NCBI GenBank assembly: GCA_964016885.1
Contig: OZ024740.1
Location: forward strand, 283,898,001-283,962,000
DNA length: 64,000 bases
Direction: 5' to 3'
From: Eledone cirrhosa
Lineage: Eukaryota
The notes below the pieces were generated by a model. It had not been told where the DNA came from. It saw nothing but the letters and a program-made list of their open reading frames with translations, and ran no database searches. Of this stretch, positions 55,919-64,000 are shown piece after piece. The position numbers were made by a program, and so were the translations under genes. How positions within the stretch are numbered: position 1 is the stretch's first letter; each line of letters begins with the position of its first letter.

Positions 55919-58802
55919 ACGTCATTAGGTGTGGGAATAGAAGGGGGTGATAAGCAAGAGGAGAAAGTATAAGTTTGATGGAGGGAAACAGTAATTACTA
56001 AAGCTTTTAGAAGTTATTTCAATATTGGCTTGAGATATGGAAGCATTTCATTCTCATTAACAATTTCACTTTACTTTTTTTAATCATGATCTTTATAAAC
56101 CTTTCTACCTCCCAATTAGCCCACTTGCTTTTATTAATTTGCATGGCTATGTGATTAAGAAGTTTACTTTGTAACCATGATTCCAGGTTTAATCCCGCTG
56201 CATGATATTGTCTGCCTTCTGTTGCTGTCTACAATTATCCAATATCCTGTGGGAGTGAAGCAGTGCAGAATCCTGTCGTATATATGATTATGTGTTTGTG
56301 TTTTAGTTTACATCAGTCTAAATATCACTGTTGTCTATGTTGTGTCTCTTTGTGTCTTCGAACTTAGCGATTCAATGAATAAAGCAAATATCAGATTGAA
56401 ATAAGTACTGGGGTTGATATGATTGAAGGCAGTGCACAGAAATGAAAAAGGCTTGCATCTCTTCGGAGGTTTCTTGGGTGTTGTAATAGTGTTTCCAGTC
56501 TTATCATGAAAAGCAACTTGAAAGAAGGTGTCATGTTGAAGAACACAATGCACTGCCATATGGCCATTGCCCAATGACTGAAATAAGTAAAAGAATATAG
56601 ATGGTATAATTTTATATCATGATATTAGAAATAGAAACCTTTCAACCATTTAGTTCTATTTCAGCTTTTCTTATCAAAGATTTAAAGAAGTGAAGTCGAT
56701 TTATCTTTTTTTTTACCTTTTCATGACCACATTTCTAATGAAATATACTCTCTTTTAATTAATTAATGAAGAATTTTGAGGGATTTACTCAAATTATTTC
56801 ATTACTAAGATAGTAACTTAATGTAAGGTTATTATATAAAATTATGTTTGAAGATTTTAATTTAAATTGGAAACCTTTGAAAGGGATGGTTTTATTTCAT
56901 AGAAACAGAGCCAGTTTTGGCTGGGGTCGTAAGCTAGGTGGAAAGCTAATAACAGTTATAAGTTAATTTAGATGGTACTTCTGCTACCATTTCTGATGCT
57001 CCTTATGGTAATTGACCTGTATGCTTTTTCTATCATAATGAATTGGGAAATTGTTCAAATTTGCTTTGCTTTTTATCTCTTTTTCATCATATTTTCCATC
57101 TCTCTTTAGCCAATTCTAAATGTCATTTTATATTTTCTTTGCTTTGTTCGCATTTTATCTGCATCATCATCATCTTTTCTTCTTTCAATGTAAAATTGCT
57201 GCTGATATATAGGCCAACTTACGTATTTCTCACATCAAAATATTAAAATGTCCTCTTGGACATTATCATCTACAAATGAAGCATTTATTATTATCATCAT
57301 AACATAGACTTTTCCATGCTAGTATGGATTTGATGGGACTTTTTGAGACAGTGTTTTACAGCCAGATGCTCTTCTTGACACTAACCTTGTAACATGCAGG
57401 CATATGGCGTACCTGTTCTAAAACCCATAAGACACAGAATTTATATATGTGATATTTATCTACATTTCTACTATTTCAATTATCAATAAAATTATGTTTA
57501 TAGTTGAGAAAATTTTTCATTGTTAATGAATTTTGTTTATCTTTCATCAGTATACAAAATTCCTGTCAAATTAGATAACTTATGTTGAATTAATGAAGCA
57601 TTGACTAAGGGCATAATTATTGTTAATTTGTTTAGCCACTTCTTGCTTACTTATAAGTTTCATTTATAGCTTTAATTTCCTTTGGGAATTATGCTTTCAA
57701 GCCTTAACCCTTTAGCATTTACATTACTCTATATTTACTATTGTATTTTCACAGTAAATGCTTTATCTTACATAATTATCTTGCATAATATTGAATCTAT
57801 GATATTTTGATGTTATTTATTTTGAGAACAATACCTTAACATCAGTATAAGTAGTCAACTATGGCTGGTTTAAACAGAAAGAGGTGAAAGAATTCTGGCC
57901 AGATATGGCTGGGTTAAATGAGAAATAAATACAACATATATTAATTATGTGAACATTGCAACAACCATTCATATTGTAACAATATGATTCCCATCATCAT
58001 CATCATATTATTATTGGGCGGTGGATTGGCAGTTTCTGTAGAGCGTCGCATATAGTTACAGTTCTTTACGTTCTGAGTTCAAATTCCACAGAGGTTAGCT
58101 TTGACTTTCATCCTTATGGGAGTGGGGGGTGGGGGGAAATAAAATAAAGCAGCAGTAATGTACTGCGGTCGATTTAATCTACCTTCCCTTCCCCTTCAAA
58201 TTGTTGACCTTGTGTCAAAAGTAGAAATAATTATTATTAAATATCAGTTTCAACTCTTATAAATTTTAAATTACATTTGAGATATTTAATGAGAAACATG
58301 ATTTATAAAGCACTTACATTAGCTGGCGTTTTAGTTATAATAGAATTAAATTACATGCTTTCTTTTTTTTTATAGTGGTATTTGATTGAAATAAATGATA
58401 TGCCTCATGTAGAAAATGTTAAGTAGCAAAACAAGATAGTTGATCTTTGTTTCTTTTTCTCCTTTCCATTTTCTTTTTTTTTTTCACCCTTTTCTGTTCT
58501 CTGTGGTAGTGTGTTTTGTTTTTATAAGATACTGCTCAATTATTTTATATAATGTCAATGACCTTTCATGGCATTGTCAGATTTTGTATATTGAATAAAT
58601 TGTTATGTTTGTCATAAATGGTTTAGATTAATAACTTCAGACACTGATTCCATATCTTATCTAAACCATACTATATTTGCTACAGTTTATTATCTTCAAC
58701 TGTCACAAAAACCAGATTATGTTGGCTCATTTAATTTTAATTACTCTTCAAGTTAGAGTAAAAGAAATTATAAATAATTGATTCAACCTTTTAGCATTTA
58801 CA

Positions 58803-61800
58803 CAAAGTCATCTACTCCCTTCGAAATCCTAACATTTCGCCTAGGTACTCATATCGGTTTATTTTGCCCTGAGATGCTATAGGCCATGATGGCTACATAT
58901 CTCACAATTTCCCTCCCGCCCACCATAGCCTATTCGACCAATCAAACCTCAGCATGTCCCCCCCCCCTCCCACTCATTACCAACCCCAACAAACTCTGCC
59001 ATTACTACTACTACCTACCTCTCTCCTCACCCGTCCCAGCCCCAATAAACCCTGCCATTATTACCACCACCACTGTTCTTCTAGCCCTGAATTCTCCTAC
59101 AGTTATGTATGGATGAGCTGAGAATAAATGGAGCAACCATGAATTAATAAATGAATATGAATCCACGAGCTACCAAGCACCTATGCGAAGCTTCAATTCA
59201 GAGACAGGAAGCATACACACACCCCTGCAAAAATCTACCCTTTCCCACAAATGTTGCCAAATGCCCAAATCTCCGAGTTGGAACCATCAAAGTAAGCACA
59301 ATGAAAGGAAGAGCAGGAGAAATCATAGAGATGCTAGAGCGAAAGGAAATTGATGTATGCTGTGTGCAAGAGACTAGATGGAGAGGAGAGTCTGCTAGAG
59401 TCCTTGTAGGAAAAAGTCAGTGCTACAAATTTTTCTGGGTGGGAAATGACGATGAGATGGGTGGTGTAGGTATCCTACTAGCTGACAAGTGGGTAGATAA
59501 GGTGATCTCAGTGAACAGGGTGAATGCAAGAATCATTACACTCAGACTAGTCATGAATAAAACAATTACCACAGTAATATCAGCTTACGCACCCCAATCG
59601 GGTTTGCCAGACGAACTTAAGGATAGGTTTTACGAGTCCCTAATGCACACTACTGCTCTTACAAACGACAATGTCTTCCTAATCATTGCAGGAGATTTTA
59701 ACGGACATGTAGGTAAACGCCGTGACGGCTTCTATAGAGTCCATGGAGGTCATGGGGTTGGCACAAGAAATGAAGAAGGCATCAGGCTTCTAGAATTCTG
59801 CGATGCCAATGACATGTCGATATGTAACACAAACTTCAAAAAACCCGACAACCATCTGATCACCTATAGATGAGGGGAGCATTCTAGTCAGATAGATTTT
59901 ATCCTCATCAGAGGACGTGACAGATGGATGGTCGTAAACACAAAAGCCTTCCCTAGTGAGGAATGTACCTCCCAACATAGCTTAGTCAGCAACCACACGG
60001 TCAGAACTAGACGAACTTGGAAACAGAAGCCAATCTGGAGAAGAAAGATCTGGGAGCTGAAAGACCCCTCAGCCAGTAACAGATTTAAAGATTTTTACTC
60101 AATGCCTATGACAGTAAAGAAGAACAGATAGAGGCATTCAATGTAGAAGAGCACTGGGAGTTCCTAAAAAATAACTTGCTAAAGGCGACGGATGAGATCT
60201 GTGGCTGGAGTAAGACCACAGGCAGGAGGAGAGTGACATGGTGGTGGAACAATAAGGTAGATGAGGCAGTTAAAGCCAAGAGACAGGCATGGAAAGAATG
60301 GAAGAACATGGGAAGCAGGGTACATTACATAGAGGCTAGGAGGGAAGCTAGGCGACAAGTATACTTAGCTAGGAGGGAAGCAGAGGATAGAAAATTCAAG
60401 CATGTTTTGCAACGTGAGGACCAGAAACAGGAGGTGTTCAAGATTGCGAGGCAGTGTGTCAGAGAGAATTGTGATGTCATTGGAGAGAAGTGTATCTAGA
60501 ATGATAAAGGTGAGCTTGCCCTCACAAGTGCTGAGAAGAAAGATGCGTGGAAGAGCCATTATAATAGATTACTAATTGAGGAGAATGCATGGGAAGAAGA
60601 GACCCTACCCCAAGTAGACTATATAGAGGGGCCAGCAGTACAAGTCAGCAGCAGCGTAGTAAGTAAGGCAATCAAAGATATAAAGACGGGGAAGGCAACC
60701 GGTCCATCGGGTATAGCTGCCGAGATGCTGAAGGCATCTGGGTTGGTAGGTCACACCATAACCACAGGTATTGTTAACCAGGTAATACTAGGTGTCATAC
60801 CAAAGGATTGGTGCAGTAGCATCATTGTCAACTGCTACAAAGGTAAAGGTGATGCACTCGATAGAGGAAACTATAGAGGTATAAAGCTGATGGACCAGGT
60901 CATGAAAGTAACAGAAAGAGTTATAGCACAGTTGATTAGGGACCAGGTGAAACTAGATGTGAGATGCAATTTGGGTTTGTGCCAGGAAGAGGCACCACTG
61001 ATGCCCTCTTCCTTGTCAGGCAGTTACAGGAAAAGTACCTAGCTAAAAGTAAGTCGCTCTACCTGGCATTTGTCGATCTCGAGAAAGCCTTTGACAGAGT
61101 TCCCTGTGCTATAATCTGGTGGGCTCTTAGAAAACTAGGAGTAGATGAATGGCTTGTGAAAGCTGTACAAGCCATGTATAGGGGAGCAGTCAGCAAAGTT
61201 AGGATTAGCAATGACTATAGCGAGGAATTTAGCGTACAGGTTGGTGTCCACCAGGACTCTGTTCTTAGCCCTCTCCTGTTCATCATAGTTCTGCAGGCAA
61301 TAACGGAGGAGTTTAAGACCGGATGCCCATGGGAACTCCTGTATGCAGCTGACCTCGCTCTTATAGCTGAATCTATGGTAGAACTAGAGAAGAAATTCCA
61401 AACTTGGAAGCAGGGACTAGAAAGAAAGGGTCTCAAAGTCAACCTGACAAAGACTAAGGTCCTTGTAAGTAGACGAGAAAACAGAACCCAGATCCCCTCA
61501 GGGAAATGGCCTTGCTCAGTATGTAGGAAAGATGTAGGTAGGAACTCCATTCTCTGACCCAAATGCAAACAATGGGTAGACAAGAGATGTAGCGGGATCT
61601 CAGGAAGCTTAACTAAGAATGTAGGCTTCACATGTAGCAGCTATGCTGGGACAGCAAGCAGCAAACAGCCACAGGAAACAAGTACCACCAAACTGTGGGA
61701 GGGCTCTGTAGAAACAGTAGACAGCTTCTGCTACCTAGGTGACCGAATTAGAAGCGGAGGTGGGTGTTCAGAAAGTACAATAACTAGGGTAAGAACGGGA

Positions 61801-62608
61801 TGGAAGAAGTTCAAGGAGCTACTGCTAGCTGCAAAAGGCTTTTCCCTCAAAATGAAAGGCAGACTGTATGATGTATGTATACGAACAGCAGTGTTACATG
61901 GTAGTGAGACCTGGGCGCTGTCTGTGGAAGACTTGTGTAGATTAGAAAGAAACAAAGCCTGCATGCTTCGATGGATGTGTAATAGTATATACGCGAACGG
62001 CAAAGCATAAATGAATTGAGAGAGAGACTGAGCATAAGAGGAATCAAATGCTGTGTGCAGGAGAGGCGGTTGCATTGGTATGGACATGTGATGCGTATGA
62101 AGGATGACAGCTGCATAAAAAGGTGCAGAGCACTAGAAGTCGATGGAAACCGCGGAGTGGGGAGACCCAAGAAGACCTGGCATGAGGTGATAAAAGCCGA
62201 CATTACCCAATTACACCTCTCAAAGTCGATGACACGACCGTGCCCTCTGGCGACATGCAGTAATACAGAAGACACCGACACCCATGGGTACAAGCCGAAG
62301 CTGAAGTATATAGACAATATGCCCTCACACCCTCCCATTGCAAAGTGGTCATGGAGGTGCCACAGCAAAAAAAGCACCCAGCCCACACTGTAAAGTGGAC
62401 ATGTAGGCGCCACGGAAAAAAGCACCCAGCACTCACTGTAAATGAGGTTGGTGTTAGGAAGGGCATCCAGCTGTAGAAATCAAGCCAGAATCAGTTCCTG
62501 TATGAGCAAGACAAGGTCAGCCAACCGGACACTACTCACAACAGGACAACCCGTTTAACCCATGCTAGCATGGAAGAACGGACGTAAAACGGTGATGATG
62601 ATGATGAT
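58803..62608 (+). mobile_element. Near full-length RTE-clade LINE (APE endonuclease + RT + PHD-like finger), inactivated
   Basis: IDVCCVQETRW, SAYAPQ, AGDFNGHVG (APE); YRGIKL, QFGFVPGRGTTDA, FVDLEKAFDRV, GVHQDSVLSP, LLYAADL (RT, YADD mutated); RLHWYGHVMR and GRPKKTW C-terminus; 3' UTR ending in (GAT)n. Several stops and frameshifts. Confidence 0.95.
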
Positions 62609-62921
62609 TACTCTATATTTACTATTATATTTTTATGGTAAAAGCTTTACTTCACATAGTATCGAATTTAAAAGATTTTTATATTATTTATTTTGAGAAC
62701 TGTAACTTAACATCAGTATGGGTGGCCAGTTACAGCCAGTTTGATTAGAAAGAGATGAGAGAATTCTGGCCTGATTCTGCCAGTTTAAATGCTAAAGGGT
62801 TAAATAGAATTTCATTAGAAGTTTATAATCTGAATTTATGTATATATTTCATGATGATGCTGTTAAATTTTAAATGATAATGTTTCTAGTTTTAAATATT
62901 AAAATATATATTTATATATAA

Positions 62922-63338
62922 CCAAAATTAAATTAAGGGTGTCATGTCCGAGAGACGTGCGCCATATCCACTGTAGAATATGCTCAAAGATTCCAATGAA
63001 TAAATCCGAGCATTTTATATCAACTAGAAATTGCTTAACATATATATATATCTAAAATAAACATATGAAACAATCACAGCGAATAATTTGTAAAAAAAAC
63101 TAGCAGCACGTGTTGCATTTTTTAAAAATACACACATCGTACCTAGCTGTGTGTGCTTACACACTTTTACAAATTATTCCCTGTGATTGTTTCATATGTT
63201 TATTTTAGATATATATATATGTCAATCAATTTCTAGTTGATATAAAATGCTCGGATCTATTCATTGGAATCTTAGAGCATATTCAACAGTTGATATGGCG
63301 CATGTCTCTCGGACATGACACCCTTAATTTAATTTTGG
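62922..63338. repeat. Fold-back inverted repeat with arms of about 170 bp
   Basis: CCAAAATTAAATTAAGGGTGTCATGTCCGAGAGAC... / ...GTCTCTCGGACATGACACCCTTAATTTAATTTTGG, flanked by TA runs. Confidence 0.88.
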
Positions 63339-63833
63339 ATATATATATATGGCCCCTTAATTGTAGAGCTAACTCAGTTGAAAGGACTCGGCTGCTATTT
63401 CTAGTTGTCGATAATCCTATTCACGCCACTGGGATGAAGCTGGTATGATGTGTGTATTTTAAAAAAATGCAACACGTGCTGCTGCTAGTCATTCACAGAT
63501 TTGCATTTGATGTGTAAACACAGATAGTTAAATCTTCTCCCTTGTTGAAAATCCGGGATTTAGCTACTGTGGTTTACCGATCGATTGATGGTGAAATATA
63601 TTTCTTTAATGAAATATATACAAGGAAGATGAATCATTTTAAAAGATATCTATATTTAAAGTTCTAGTTAAACTTTAATTAGTTACCTACTTAGCTGTGT
63701 GTGCTTACACACTTTTACAAATTATTCCCTGTGATAGTTTCATATGTTTATTTTAGATATATATATATGTCAATCAATTTCTAGTTGATATATATATATA
63801 ACATGATTAATCTATATTTTATTTATATTGCAG

Positions 63834-63981
63834 AGGAATTGCTACATCATTTGAAGGCAAACATGGCAGCATCCGATATTGGCTAAAAGCAGAAATGGAC
63901 AAACCTTGGGCTTTCAATCATAAAACCAAAAAAGCATTTACTGTAATATCTCCAATTGATATAAACAAACCTGAATATCAG
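63834..63981 (+). CDS. ARRDC3: Alpha-arrestin coding exon 3 (148 nt)
   Basis: TTGCAG acceptor ending 63833. Reads GIATSFEGKHGSIRYWLKAEMDKPWAFNHKTKKAFTVISPIDINKPEYQ, with the hallmark SFEGKHGSIRY. Donor GTAGAT at 63982. Not in the ORF track. The gene continues beyond the window. Confidence 0.95.
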
Positions 63982-64000
63982 GTAGATATTTTCAGCTTTG

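Noticed and set aside
62960-63040. Hammerhead in the 62922-63338 fold-back
   Set aside because: Only CTGTAGA/CTGTTGA (A6 missing in both arms) and no stem I/III geometry.

Overview
Eukaryotic, very AT-rich, microsatellite- and transposon-saturated DNA. The repeat content (tRNA-derived SINEs, RTE LINEs with (GAT)n tails) suggests a cephalopod, probably an octopus; this is an inference. One host gene is visible: the first three coding exons of an alpha-arrestin (ARRDC2/3/4/TXNIP-type) on + (5476/5500-5758, 49254-49326, 63834-63981), split by introns of about 43.5 kb and 14.5 kb. Most of the remainder is decayed mobile DNA: many RTE LINEs (one near full length, 58803-62608), two complementary-deleted DD37D/maT transposons, mariner and Chapaev-type fossils, non-autonomous Helitrons, TTAA/piggyBac-type MITEs and SINEs. 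The most notable hidden structure is in intron 1. Three unrelated long palindromes (27211-27520, 42998-43144, 43378-43834) each carry a type I hammerhead-ribozyme fold in both arms, the signature of Penelope-like pseudo-LTRs, and several decayed half-ribozymes lie nearby. Most ORFs in the supplied track are microsatellite or antisense-TE artefacts.
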